Positions 11,689-24,406 of a DNA stretch of 64,000 nt are shown here, one piece after another (positions within the stretch are counted from its first letter, which is position 1; each line of letters begins with the position of its first letter). The stretch is taken from assembly GCF_006345805.1 (NCBI RefSeq), contig NC_042997.1:16120001-16184000 (forward strand), in the 5' to 3' direction. The stretch is from Octopus sinensis (lineage: Eukaryota). The notes beneath the pieces were generated by a model. That model searched no databases. It was not told the origin of the DNA and worked only from the letters and a program-made list of their open reading frames with translations. The position numbers were made by a program, and so were the translations under genes.

Positions 11689-12819
11689 TAAAAAATTAAT
11701 TCAATAGTTATTTTGTAGCTATCTCTTGCATTTGGATTGCAGAAGCACAACTTCCGAAATGCGACACGATAACACGAGTTTAAACTGTTACATTTCAAGC
11801 TAATGTTAGCTTCATTCTCAAATTTACAGATGATATACCCTTGCATAAACTTGTTTAATAAGTATCAATTCCATTTAATTGTTAAAGTATGCCAGTCCAG
11901 AAAATTTGGGGTTGCAAGGAAAGTGATTGAAGCGTACTTCTTGAAAAGTTTTCTATCAACATATAAGATGTTGTTCTTTTAATTTTTGAGAATTTGAATT
12001 GTGTAATTATTTTTGCAACAATTTTTAGATATAGATGTCTGAGTGATACTATACGACATTCAAAATCTGTATGGACGGATCTGAAATCTTTTCGCACTCT
12101 TTTCTTGAGACAAAGCATATCACTGTCACTATTTCCATGGACGCTTCTAGTTAATTACAGGCACCAAGTGGATGTATACATCTACCTACCAATCAACGAA
12201 CACTATATGTTCGTACTAGTACGAGCATGCAAATCCAGTATGGCACATTGTCTTGTTGTATGAGGGAAGCTCTGGTATAATATTATTTGATCATCCTATC
12301 TTTATTCTTTATTCTTTATTCAGCACTTTTGCATGATATATTTTCGATTCCTCTTGGGGTCTGGTAAACAGATTTTCTACATCCGGTTTTCAAAATGAAC
12401 ATTTCTTTTAGCCTAATTCCATCGGCAGCAAAACTAGCAAATTCCTCAACACTATATTTTATTTATTTTAATTTATCTTTTGTCAGAGCCTCTGGTGTGG
12501 GAGGAAGAAAGAAGCAGTCTCTCTCTAACTGGATTACTAGCTTGAATGTTTGTAACAAAGTGAACTCCGGTAAAGGCACTAAGAATTAGGCGGAGGTGTT
12601 AAATGGGTGACAGATAAAATCTTTTACCATAAAACTCAAGATGCTAATAACTACCGACACTAACAATTCCGCTAATTCGCAGCTCTGGACTAGTACTTTA
12701 TCTTATCGACTCCGAATGAACGAAAAGTAAAACTGACTTCGGTGGGAATCGAACTTGGAGGTAAGAGGGTTGGAATAAACACTTTAAGGTATTCTGTCCT
12801 ACTCTGATACAGCATTGTA

Positions 12820-13130
12820 GATATTTCTATTGTAGGTTTAGCCCCTTGTGGGTAGTAAAGAAATAGATATTTCGTCTGCCATATAGGGCGACGCGCTGGC
12901 AGAGACGTTAGCACGCCGGGCGAACTGCTTAGAGGTATTTCGTCCGCCGCTGCGTTGTGAGTTCAAATTCCGCCGAGGTCGACTTTGCCTTTCATCCTTT
13001 CGAGGTCGATTAAATAAGTACCAGTTACGCACCGGGGTCGATATAATCGACTTAATCCGTTTGTCTGTCCCTGTTTGTCCCCTCTGTGTTTAGCCCCTTG
13101 TGGGTAGTAAAGAATAGATATTTCTATTGT
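12820..13130 (+). mobile_element. SINE family B
   Basis: Head and body, preceded by a stray tail copy. Confidence 0.8.
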
Positions 13131-13657
13131 AGAGCATTTTATCATTCACAATCGAATTATGGGGTACATTTCTGCCTCGTACTGTTGGAAACCCTAACAT
13201 ATAACTACAGAGCTTTTGTAGTTATATAATGTATACAACTACAATGATAATGGATATATAGCCAATATACACAAAAACCGAAACAAACTTATTCATAGCA
13301 AAATATTTATAACTTCACTGACAATCTTTCTGTTTTCTGCAAGTGAAAGATTAGTACACCGGGTCTTTGTGAAACTTTCAATGGCAGCAACTAGGCAGCA
13401 GGTACTTTTGCCAAAATAAACTGATTTCAGCAAACGCGAGAATTGAATTGAATGCCTTTCTTTTATCAAGCTATTATCTTTTTCTGAGATGCTTTTTAAC
13501 TTTAGCAACCACAGCCTTAATTATCAACCGTTGGGGTGGCAAACCCTTTTGTTCACCTGCCTGCTCACCTGCGTTTCTTTTATGCGACACGCAATGGTCT
13601 CAGAGGAAAGGTTAAGAAACCTTATATAAAGTGTGTATGTGCACGCGCTCGTGTATT

Positions 13658-13702
<45 letters not shown>

Positions 13703-14039
13703 ATATATATATATTTATATATATATATATATGTATATATATCTTTACACAAACTTTACATACTTCATGCATTCATGCATTCATTTATCCATCCTGCACA
13801 CGTACAAAAATAAAAGTACCAGTCATATACGGTGGTCAATTTCATCGGCTGCATCCTCCTCTCAAATTTGTGGTATTGTGAAAAGCATAGGTCTACGTGT
13901 GCACGTGTGTGATGATATGAGTGCGAGTCTGTGTATCTGTGAGAGTATGGTTATTATGTACACGTATTTACATGTATGTATGTATGTATGTATGTATGTA
14001 TGTATGCGTGTGTGTATGTAATTGTAGCTCTTCACGCAT

Positions 14040-14054
14040 ATATATATATGTATG

Positions 14055-14105
<51 letters not shown>

Positions 14106-14184
14106 ATATGTATGTATATATATATATATGTATGTATGTATATATGTATGTATATATATATATATGTATGTATGTATATGTATG

Positions 14185-14223
<39 letters not shown>

Positions 14224-14286
14224 GTATGTATGTATATATATGTATGTATGTATATATATGTATGTATGTATATGTATGTATGTATG

Positions 14287-14318
<32 letters not shown>

Positions 14319-14410
14319 TGTATGTATGTATGTATGTATGTATGTATGTATGTATGTATGTATGTATGTATGTATGTATGTATGTATGTATGTATGTATG
14401 TATGTATTTC
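14040..14410. repeat. Compound (TA)n/(TATG)n microsatellite
   Basis: Directly visible; source of the YVCM/IHTY ORFs. Confidence 0.95.
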
Positions 14411-15109
14411 ATGTGTGTGCGTATGTGTTTAGAAGCGTTCTTTAAGTGTGTTGACGTGTGTAATTATATCTTGTCACATGACGAGACTCGGATTCACTCA
14501 TTTGCTCTGTTTCACTCAATTGCTTCCTACCACCGTCTAAGTTCAAAACAATCAGCGGTCTCAGCACTTTGCATCAATTCCTGATGGAGCAACACATCCG
14601 ATCTCGCTGTCACTCAAGAGATAACCCACTCTTACTCTCTCATTTATTTTATGTTATTTTTTTTTTTTTCCAAATCTATCCCCCCCAACGACATCTCTGC
14701 TCATTGCGTTTTGTCTTTGTTTTTTTTTATGTTTTGTTTTATTTTTTTTCTTTTGTCAAATCTCTAAACACACCTTATTTATTTTTTATCTTTTGTTTTG
14801 TGTAAGCAGGAGATTTTTAAAAAAATATATAATAAAACAGCAAAGAGAGATGGTGTGAAATTTTAGAAGAAATTGTTGTTCGTTTCAAAGTGGCGAGACG
14901 TTACATTAAGCAGTCAGCGATTACTGTTATCAAGCTTATTCTTCAGCTTATGGAGGTGAAGGAAAAAAAAAAGCCGAAAGAAAACGAAAGGAAAAGAAAA
15001 ACACGAGTCGTTCTATAAACAAATATGAGTCGCTAATTTATTTAAAAGTAAACGAGATTTTGTAAGCATGTCTTGACATAATAGCGCTATATTTACATTG
15101 ATAAATGGG

Positions 15110-15487
15110 TGGATTGCTAGGCCTGATGTAACAGAGGATAAATTGCCTTGCAGAATTTAGTACCGGATCTTTACGTTGTGAGTTCAAATCCTGCCCAGGT
15201 TAGCTTTGCCTTTCATTTCAAAATAAAGGTTTCAAATTTTGACGCAGGATCAGCAGTTTTGGAGGGGAGCGGGAAGTCGATTACACCAACCCCGAAAGGA
15301 TGGATTGGTAGGCCTGAACAGAGGATAAATTGCCTTGCAGAATTTAGTACCGGATCTTTACGTTGTGAGTTCAAATCCTGCCCAGGTTAGCTTTGCCTTT
15401 CATTTCAAAATAACAGTTTCAAATTTTGACGCAGGATCAGTAGTTTTGGAGGGGAGCGGGAAGTCGATTACACCAACCCCGAAAGGA
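15110..15487. repeat. Direct tandem duplication, about 190 bp x2, of decayed SINE B pieces
   Basis: 15110-15300 and 15301-15487 are nearly identical. Confidence 0.85.
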
Positions 15488-15744
15488 TAAAAAGCAACGT
15501 CGGCGTCGGCGGAATTTGAACTCAGAAAGTTGTGACGCACGAAATGTTGTTAAGAATTTTGCCTGGCGTGTCTATAAAGTTTTCTTAGTTCGCCCTCTTC
15601 TTCCATCCCAAAATACAGTAATACTTTCTGCGTTCAAATCCTATCAATGTTGACTTCACTTATCCTTCCGGAGTTGGTACGTTCAATACAAGTCATGTAC
15701 CGAAAAGATATAATCGGATGATGGAGTTATTTAAACTGGCACAC

Positions 15745-16040
15745 CGTCGTTAACGACGAGGAGTGTCCCAGTTAATCCGATCAACCGAACAGCCAGCTCG
15801 TGAAATTAACATGCAAGTGGCTGAACATTCCGCAGACACGCGTTCTCTTAACGTAATTCTCAGGGAGATTCACACTGACACAAAATGTGACAAGGCTGGC
15901 TCTTTGAAATACAGGTACAACTCATTTTTGCCAGCTGAGTGGGCTGGAGCAACGTGAAATAAAATGTCTTGGTCAAGGACACACTGCGCCGCAGAGACTC
16001 GAACTCGAGAGCTTCCGATCGCCAGCCGAATACTCTAACC
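15745..16040 (-). mobile_element. SINE with family E (CORE-like) head and family C tail
   Basis: Head matches 30038-30180; tail matches 11500-11680. Confidence 0.75.
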
Positions 16041-16618
16041 ATTAAGCTACGCGCCCTCACCGAAGGTGTTATAGAATCAGTTTAGTGTCAGGCAAAATGC
16101 TCTGTGGTATTCAGTTATGGCTCTTAAATACTGTGAGTTGAAGACTCGCTGAGGCCAATTTAACCATTTACTTTTCCAGTGGTAGGGGAGACGAGGTCGA
16201 TAATATAAAATACCAGTCATGTCCTAGGGTTCGATATTATATTCCTATAAATCATCCCATGTGTGAATGAAATTTTAACAGATAAAGACAAATACGATTC
16301 CTTCCCGCCAAATTTGCAACTCTGTGTTTAAGTCAGAAACGAATACTTAGATTGATAAAATGTATCTTATTCTCATTATCTTAGTCCTATGGTTGACAGA
16401 TAGAATGTCGGACAAAGTGTCTTGTATTATTTGCTCCGGTTGTATACGTTCTGGGAGCAAATCCAACCGAAGTGAACTTTACTTTTCATTCTTTCAGGGT
16501 TGATAATATAAAACACCCCTCAAGTCGATAGTATCCTAAAATTTCAAGTTAGAAACAATATACATTATGTTAATTAGCTTGGTGTAAACCTTTTTGTTAG
16601 ACGACCATTCTTTATATA

Positions 16619-17026
16619 TCTTTATATATAAAAGTCAAGTTGTATGTCTGTCTCCTACGATTTAGATTCCTAACTACTCCCACATTTTGCGGTGCAGTTT
16701 AACCAAAAGCGGGTATCTTATAGTCGTGATTCATATCGAGCCCTTCTGGGTATTAGCGCGCGTCTACGATGAGTCTACGATGAGTCTACGATTTAAAAAA
16801 AAATTTACCATCATTTTTTTCAATTTTAATGCATTGTTTCGCTATTATATAAGGGAAGTAACTCTCTAAAAATATCTACGATGAGTCAACGATTTAAAAA
16901 AAAAATTACCATCATTTTTTTCCATTTTTAATGCATTTTTTTGCTATTTTTTTGCTATAACTCTCTAAAAATGCTTATATAGTTATTTCCCCTACAAACC
17001 CGAGCAACACCGGGCGATACTGCTAG
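16619..17026 (+). mobile_element. Non-autonomous Helitron
   Basis: A|TC...hairpin...CTAG|T; internal tandem duplication of about 90 bp. Confidence 0.85.
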
Positions 17027-17149
17027 TTCTTTATATATATATATATATATGCATCTTGTAGCTCACCTGCGACGGACCGGCGTCCCGTCCAAGTGGGGAA
17101 CCTATACGCCAAGGAAACCTGGAAACCGGCCCTTATGAGCCAGGCCTGA

Positions 17150-17495
17150 AGCCATTGAAGCGTAAGGGACGACAAAGAAGAAATGAAAGGAAGTACTGAA
17201 TATCATAGACGACGGTAGTGAGTTCCAGAGAGAAGCAGTTCGAGAAAAATACCTATTAGAATAAAAGGACTTATAAATAATAGAAAGCTCAAAAGAGAAA
17301 CGATGCGTCCGGAAAGAGAAGCGGGTGATAAGGCCTTGACAGAAAGTACTACTACTATGGCAATCCCTCAAGGTCGAGGATGATGGTCTTGGCGCAAATT
17401 TATTGGTGAGTCCGCAGGTGACTGATAAGACCAATTCTTGCTCGAAAAGATCGATCACAGTGCGGACATCTAGTGCCGGAAGGGAGAGTCGCACG
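17150..17495 (-). mobile_element. Jockey/CR1-group LINE 3' fragment
   Basis: Translates to LSLPALDVR...YSNRYFSRTASLWNSLP. Confidence 0.55.
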
Positions 17496-17499
17496 TGGT

Positions 17500-17700
17500 T
17501 GTTGTTGGCGCTCCTTCCGTCGTCGTCTTTTCTCCTCCAGCTCTGCAGACCTTTTCGACTCGAAATTCGCCGTTCCCTCATGGATGGTGGTTTTCCAGAG
17601 TGGTCTGTTTTTTGCCGTTTCCTCCCAGTTGGTGAAGTCAAAATGTCACACTTTTTGGAGAGCAGTAACTATAGAGATACTTGTACAAAAAATACGAAAT
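17500..17700 (-). mobile_element. RTE-clade LINE C-terminal fragment
   Basis: An alternative frame gives DFTNWEETAKNRPLWKTTIHEGTANFESKRSAELEEKRRRRKERQ. Confidence 0.7.
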
Positions 17701-18367
17701 TTTTAATATAATATTTTTAGAATCAAATATTTTGTATATTTTCTGTTTTTAAGACAGCGGGAGAAACCATAGATCACGGCTGTTAGCAGATGCTGAGAAA
17801 ACATGGAATAACATGTGGCTGATCCAGAACCTTGGAGACGACCTGTCACTTGGTGTGCAAACATGCGTGGGATGAAGGTCATGAGGGAAGCCTGGCTACT
17901 AATTCTGGCAGATGGTGCAACCAGGCAGAAGGTTTCTCGTTAGTCGCATTACAAGCATCATTAGCTACAAACAGGAGATATGCATGCCATCAGTAAATGG
18001 GGAGGAACAAGATTTGTGATGCTCAAACTAAATCAACAGGCATATACGTGAAAGTTGTAAGAATCGACGAGAAAACTGATAAATCGGTGCGTTCGAACCA
18101 ATTCCCTTGCGATATTTGTTGCGCTCAAGTTGTGCAGTGTCTACCTTGTCACTCTCACATTCGTAAACACATTGAATGAGTGACTGTCCTATGTAAACCT
18201 GCAACAAACAATGTTACTGAATCACAAAATCCAAAAAAGTAAATAAGGCACCGCCTACAAGCCTGTGTCCGCGGCACACATTTCTATTCTGAATCCATTT
18301 CCATTCAATGAAATTACGTCTGCTGCTTCCTGTTTCTTCTTTTCAAGAATTCAACAGAACCTAATAC

Positions 18368-18782
18368 CTATTTCTTTACTACCCACAAGGGGCTAAACAC
18401 AGAGAGGACAAACGAGGACAGACATAGGTATTAAGTCGATTACATCGACCCCAGTGTGTAACTGGTACTTAATTTATCGACCCCGAAAGAATGAAAGGCA
18501 AAGTCGACCTCGGCGGAATTTGAACTCACAACGTAACGCAGACGAAATACCTATTTCTTTATTACCCACAAGGGGCTAAACACAGAGGGGACAAACAAGG
18601 ACATACATAGGTATTAAGTCGATTACATCGACTCCAGTGCGTAACTGGTACTTAATTTATCGACCCCGAAAGGATGAAAGGCAAAGTCAACCTCGGCGGA
18701 ATTTGAACTCACAACGTAACGGCAGACGAAATACCGCTATGCATTTCGCCCGGCGTTCTAACGTCTCTGCTAGCTCGCCGCC
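18368..18782 (-). mobile_element. SINE family B dimer
   Basis: One head plus two body units. Confidence 0.85.
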
Positions 18783-19199
18783 AACAGAGCCTAAAACCAA
18801 TTATCAATTATTTTTGATGACAAAATATCTGGCAATAGGTCGGAATAAGCTACTAGTGAGCTGCATCTACCACTTGATTTCGATTCTCGTTACCATTTAT
18901 TTCATTTCACTTACTTACGTCGATGCCGTTAGACTATATCACTCTTTAATGAATTAAAGAAACTTTAAACAGTCGTTCGACTTGCAAAAAAAAAAAATAA
19001 CAAAATCTCACTCATGTATACCCTATAAAATGAGAAGTGATTTTTCCTTGATACACTAGACTTGAAAAGGGGATTGGATGTGTTTGATTATTAATTCATT
19101 AAACGTTGTGCTAATGTTAAACAACACCAACATCAGCAACAATTTGATGATGATGATTATCTCATAACTGATTATCAAAATTCACGTAACTGCGCTTAC

Positions 19200-19310
19200 T
19201 ACAGTTACTTGAACGAAATAAAATACTGGTGTCTTTATCTCGAGGTACATTAGTCATATATTTTGAAGTGAAATTGGATTGTGCGTCTTTCATTCCTATC
19301 CCAATGACAT
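19200..19310 (-). CDS. Candidate internal exon (111 nt, phase 1-1), unknown protein
   Basis: Acceptor TTCATTTTTCATTTTCAG, donor A|GTAAGC, open frame (D)VIGIGMKDAQSNFTSKYMTNVPRDKDTSILFRSSNC; sequence is not repeated in the window. Confidence 0.4.
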
Positions 19311-19404
19311 CTGAAAATGAAAAATGAATCGTCATCCAGTGAGAATCGAAACCGTACCGCAATTTCTTAGAGCTTACTTCTTGTCGTTGAAATCTTATTA
19401 CAAA

Positions 19405-19572
19405 TCTATTATATAAAATCCGTTATGTCTGTCTGTGTGTGTGTCTGTCTTTTAGGATCTCGGGCATCTTCCATCCGAATGCGCTCAAATTTGATATGTA
19501 GATACCGACGGTATTAGGGCGTGTATAAGTCTTGAAAAAATTACAAAAATCGATTCCAGGTGAGAATGCGAT
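19405..19572 (+). mobile_element. Helitron-like 5' end fragment
   Basis: A|TCTATTATATAAAATCCGTTATGTCTGTCTG resembles the 5' ends of the other Helitrons here; no 3' end found. Confidence 0.45.
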
Positions 19573-19927
19573 CGATAAAGCATTCTTTGGAATAGAAAAA
19601 AGTCTATCTTTATTTCTTCTTTTGCAGGTGTCTCAAATTTAGGATAAATCAGTGTCTCTCAAAGGGGAGGCCTATGGGACGGTCGGACAAGTTGTTTTGA
19701 GAAAATTTGGTTTAAATGTTTGACAACTCAGTACCGACCATTGGACGGGGGGGGGTGCATTTCGCTCGTGTAGACATAATATCGGTTGATGATGAGCAAG
19801 TATAATTAGGTTAAATCTGCTGTTCATCAATTCAAGCGTCCGTGGAAATGCTTCATACATGCAAATTTGCAATCTTCAGTAAAATACATATATTTCTCTC
19901 AATGTTACTCACATTAGTAGCGATAGA

Positions 19928-20322
19928 GGATCTTTTCACTTTGATCGGCAGATTTAAAAAATAATTTTTTGTAACTAAACACTTTTAAACTTCGTATACT
20001 GGTAGAATATGTCACATAAAACATTTTTTTCTCTTGGAGTTCTTGAGAAAATTCTGTAGTTTGTAAGCTATTTGTTGTTAAATTTCTCGTATTTCGGCAA
20101 TTTCAACCAATCAATGACGTCTATTGAGGTGAATACAATTACTGCTGTTGTTTGTCAACAAGAAGAAATTTAACAACAAATAGCTTACAAACTACAGAAT
20201 TTTCTTAAGAACGCCAAGAGAAAAAGATGTTTTATGTGACACATTCTACCAGTATACGAAGTTTAAAAGTGTTTAGTTACAAAAAATTATTTTAAAATCT
20301 GCCGGTCAAAGTGAAAAGATCC
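19928..20322. mobile_element. Foldback MITE, GG...CC ends, 8-bp target duplication (Merlin/MULE-like)
   Basis: About 155-bp terminal inverted repeats beginning GGATCTTTTCACTTTGA; GCGATAGA at 19920-19927 and 20323-20330. Confidence 0.85.
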
Positions 20323-20639
20323 GCGATAGAGTTAAAGGAATAACAGATTCCCCAACAGCATATTCTAGCCTGAAGTTCAGAAGTTTTGTTTTTATGCTTC
20401 TGCAACAATATTTCATTATTGCATGCATATAGTCCACTGGCGGCTTCAAGATTTATCATATCGCGCTAGAAAAATAGGTCACATCTACAGAGCTGGTCTG
20501 GCGTGCAGTAAATGAGCTACACATCTCACAATGGTAATATTTTAGCTCCAAGAAAAGGGTTAAAGCTACATAAGTTTTGGTTTTCGTTTACCATTTCTGG
20601 TCACACCACATTCGTCGATGGAACTTCTACGGGCTGATA

Positions 20640-21225
20640 TAAGCAGCAGCTAAATTTCGCCCAACTTACATCACACAGTCTTTAAAACTAAAAGTACACT
20701 TTAGATAATGGAGTCTTAGACACTCTTAAAAAGTCGGGATTTTCACAGCTGGAGTATCTTTGATGATGGAACTGTTCCGTTAGGGTTGTCCCGAAGTAAA
20801 CAACAACAATGCCATATGTCATATAAATATGGTAAGTAGGAACAAGTAGTAGTTGTTGTTATTGTTGCTGCTCTTGTTGATGTTGTTGTTGTTGTTACTG
20901 CTGTTAATGTTGTTGACGTAAACATGGTTGTTGCTCTAATGTTGTAACATTCGTCGCTGTGTTATTCATTTCTATATTCACTTACTACTATGTTATCCCT
21001 CAACAATCTACAGGGAGCGTTAGACACTCGGCCTGCTAAAATAGCTGCCATATTTTCTCAGATTCTATTTCTACTGAATCAAAAGAGCAAAAAGAAATAT
21101 TGGACAAAGTCCTAGATATAATAAAAAAAAAGAGAGAAGAGACGGAATGGTCATGGATGGAATATCTGTCATCATTGGTCATATCAGTCAAAGAGAAACA
21201 AGGGTTGAACAACAAAAACAGCAAC
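20640..21225 (+). repeat. Two decayed copies of a short interspersed repeat ending in (AAC)n
   Basis: Shared GTCxTAGA...GGTCAxxxxTGGA...TGATCAT...(CAA)n scaffold, also near 30970-31065, 32200-32290 and 33715-33780. Confidence 0.45.
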
Positions 21226-21579
21226 AGTCACCACTAATACTGACGCTACTACAACTTCCACCAAGATTACATCCATCACCACAACGGTTACCAATACAAC
21301 GACCAATACAGTATCTAGCAATGCTACATTCGCCACTACGATGTCAATCAATATTGAGCTGGTAGCATCGTTTGCTTGCCGGGCAAAATGCTTAGCGGCG
21401 TTTCGTCTGTTTTGAGTTCAAATTCTGCTGGGGTTGATTTTGCCTTTCATCCTTTCAAAGTCGATAAAATAGATACCAGCTGAACATTAGGGTCGATGTA
21501 ATCAACTAAGCCGCTTCCCGAAATTTCTGGCCTTGTGCAAAATTTTGAAATCAATATTAATACAACCTTAGGGCGACGC

Positions 21580-21980
21580 GCTGGCAGAATCGTTAGCATG
21601 CCGGGCGAAATGCGTAGCCGTATTTCGTCTGCCGTTACGTTCTGAGTTCAAATTCCGCCGAGGTTGACTTTGCCTTTCATCCTTTCGGGGTTGAGAAATT
21701 AAGTACCAGTTACGCACTGGGGTCAATATAATCGACTTAATCCGTTTGTCTGTCCTCTCTGTGTTTATCCCCTTGTGGGTAGTAAAGATATAGTTATTTC
21801 GTCTGCCGGTATTTCGTTTTGAGTTCAAATTCCGCCGTGGTCGACTTTGCTTTTCATCCTTTCGGGTCGATTAAATAAGTACCAATTACGCACTGTGGGT
21901 CGATCTAACCGACTTAATCCCTTTGTTTGTCCTTGTTTGTCCCCTGTAAGTTTAGCTCCCTATGGGCAATAAAGAAATCA
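21580..21980 (+). mobile_element. SINE family B dimer
   Basis: One head plus two body units. Confidence 0.85.
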
Positions 21981-22052
21981 ATATTAATACAACCACCTCT
22001 ACAAATCTCAGGGAGACAGTAAATAGAATATTAAGAAAGCCAAAGATGGCTA

Positions 22053-22995
22053 GGATATTTTCCTTTTGATCGGCAGATCGATAAATTATTTTTTTTTAAC
22101 CAGACACTTTGAAACTTCGGATACTGGTAGAATGTGTCATATAGAACATCTTTTACTGTTAGCGTTATTGAGAAAAGTTTCTATTTACGAAGTTATTTCG
22201 TGTTAAAGTTGTCGTATTTGGGTAATTTCAACCAATCAATGACGTGTATTCAGCTGAATAAAATTACTGCTGTTGTTTGTCAACAACAACTTCCGGTGAT
22301 TTATATTTCGTTTGTCACTGTTATTTATGGCATTGTCCGTGCGTTTGTACTGGTTTTAGATTTAGGGTTTTAGGGTTAGGGTTTTGGGGTTAGGGTTAGA
22401 GTTGGGGTTTTAGGGTTAGGGTAACGAATGGATGGGGGAGGGTGGGGTGCCAAAAATGTCAAAATTCCAATTTTTGGCAATTTTCCGGTATCCCTGTATC
22501 CGAAAAGCTGGGTTTTTGGCACAAAATGTTTTTTAAAAAACCCAATAATCTGCGAGAAAAAAAGGGGGGGGGGCAGGAGGAAGTCTTTCCGAAAATAGTT
22601 GCTGAAAAACAGGAATAAAAACCTAAAAGCAGTAGAAATGCACGAACGATTATGGTGGTGTCGTGAAGTAAACGTGCTTCAGATACACTCGTTTATTCAT
22701 ACGAACGTAACTGAGATGAAATATGTCATAAATAACAGTGACAAACGAAATATACACCACCGGAAGTTGTTGACAAACAACAGCAGTAACTTTAGTCAGC
22801 ACAATAGACGTCACTGATTGGTTGAAATTACCCCGACAACTTTAACACGAAATAACTTCGAAAATAGAAACTTTTCTCAACAACGCTAAGAGTAAAAGAT
22901 GTTCTATATGACACATTCTACCAGTATCCGAAGCTTGAAAGTGTTTAGTTAAAAAAATTTAATTTATCTACCTGCCGATCAAAAGGAAATGATCC
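22053..22995. mobile_element. Longer foldback element of the same family, with a telomere-like core
   Basis: About 270-bp inverted arms; GG/CC ends; GATGGCTA (22045-22052) / GATTGCTA (22996-23003), a 7/8 match. Confidence 0.85.
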
Positions 22996-23789
22996 GATTG
23001 CTACAGTCGGCAAAATATGTACAAAATGCGCAGGTATGGTTAAGAAGCTTGGTTAAACACCTGATTTAAGGATCAATCTTACTGTATCATCTTGAGCAAG
23101 TGACTCCTACTAGAGCTCCGGGCCAATTAATGCCTTGTGAGTGAATTTGGTAAATGGAAACACTGTGGAAGCCCGTCCTACACGTGTGAGTGTGTGTGTT
23201 GGGTGAGCGTGTATATGTGTGTGTGTGTCCCACCATTTCGCTGCTTGACAACAGGTGTTGTGTTTGTTTGCTTGCGTCCCCATAGCATAGTGGTTCGGCA
23301 AAGGAGATCGAAAGAATAAGTACTAGGCATAAAAAGATGTACCCGGGCCAATCTTTTTCGACTGAACACTTCAGGCCGGTGCCCCAGTATGGTTCTGGTC
23401 CAATTACCGAAACAAGCAGAAAATAAAAGAATAAGGCTAGAAAGAAGTGAAGTCCAAGGGTTCAGGGAGAACTGTTCGTCAGAGAGAACTGAAAAAGGTT
23501 TACAAGCTGTGGTGGATAAAAGGAAGGGAAGTAATGGGAGTGAGGAAAAAAAATAACAGTAAGAAAATTAGAGAAGAGAAAGGGAGGTAACAAGGGGAGA
23601 CAAATGCTAGTAGGGGGACAACGGTCAATACCAAGGGAAAATCAACGAGTAGGAAATTGACAAGGGCTTGGACTGCACGAAATTAACAGGAAATAAATAA
23701 CATTTTTACTTGCAACCGAATATTTTAATGCGCATATTAATTTTGAGTCACACAACTCAATAGATTCGATAAAATATATCTGCTAATAT

Positions 23790-24212
23790 ACTCTTACTCT
23801 TTACTCTTTTACTCTTTTACTTGTTTCAGCCATTTGACTGCGGCCATGCTGGAGCACCGCCTTTAATCGAGCAACTCGACCCCGGGACTTATTCTTTTGT
23901 AAGCCCAGTACTCAATCTATCGGTCTCTTTTGCCGAACCGCTAAGTAACGGGGACATAAACACTCCAGCATCGGTTGTCAAGCAACGCTAGGGGGACAAA
24001 CACAGACACACAAACACCACACGCATATATATATATATACATATATACGACGGGCGGCTTCTTTCAGTTTCCGTCTACCAAATCCACTCACAAGGCTTTG
24101 GTCGGCCCGAGGTTATAGTAGAAGACACTTGCCCAAGGTGCCACGCGGTGGGACTGAACCCGGAACTATGTGGTTGGTAAACAAGCTATTTACCACACAG
24201 CCACTCCTGCGT
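23790..24212 (-). mobile_element. SINE family A
   Basis: Full-length reverse copy. Confidence 0.9.
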
Positions 24213-24406
24213 CTATATATATAATCTATATATATAATATATAATCTAAAAATCTGCAACATGAGGTCACTTTCAGTTTTGAATGTAAAACGTTAAAGTT
24301 CTTGAGTATCATTCAAAATCCTGATCCCGCAGTACCTTTGGTATTTTCTACATGAAAAATCATGCAGGTTTTAAGAAAACTTTGAACTTTGAAATAATAC
24401 ACTCTG

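Noticed and set aside
13536-14584. Long ORFs of YI/YVCM/HT repeats (also 24998-25667, 44631-45113, 46749-47237)
   Set aside because: Translations of (TA)n, (TATG)n, (CA)n and trinucleotide microsatellites.
20749-21200. Phase-compatible plus-strand exon pair (20749-20831 with GTAAGT donor; about 21063 onward)
   Set aside because: Both lie in decayed copies of the same interspersed repeat seen near 30970, 32200 and 33715; the first acceptor is weak and the second has no clear donor.
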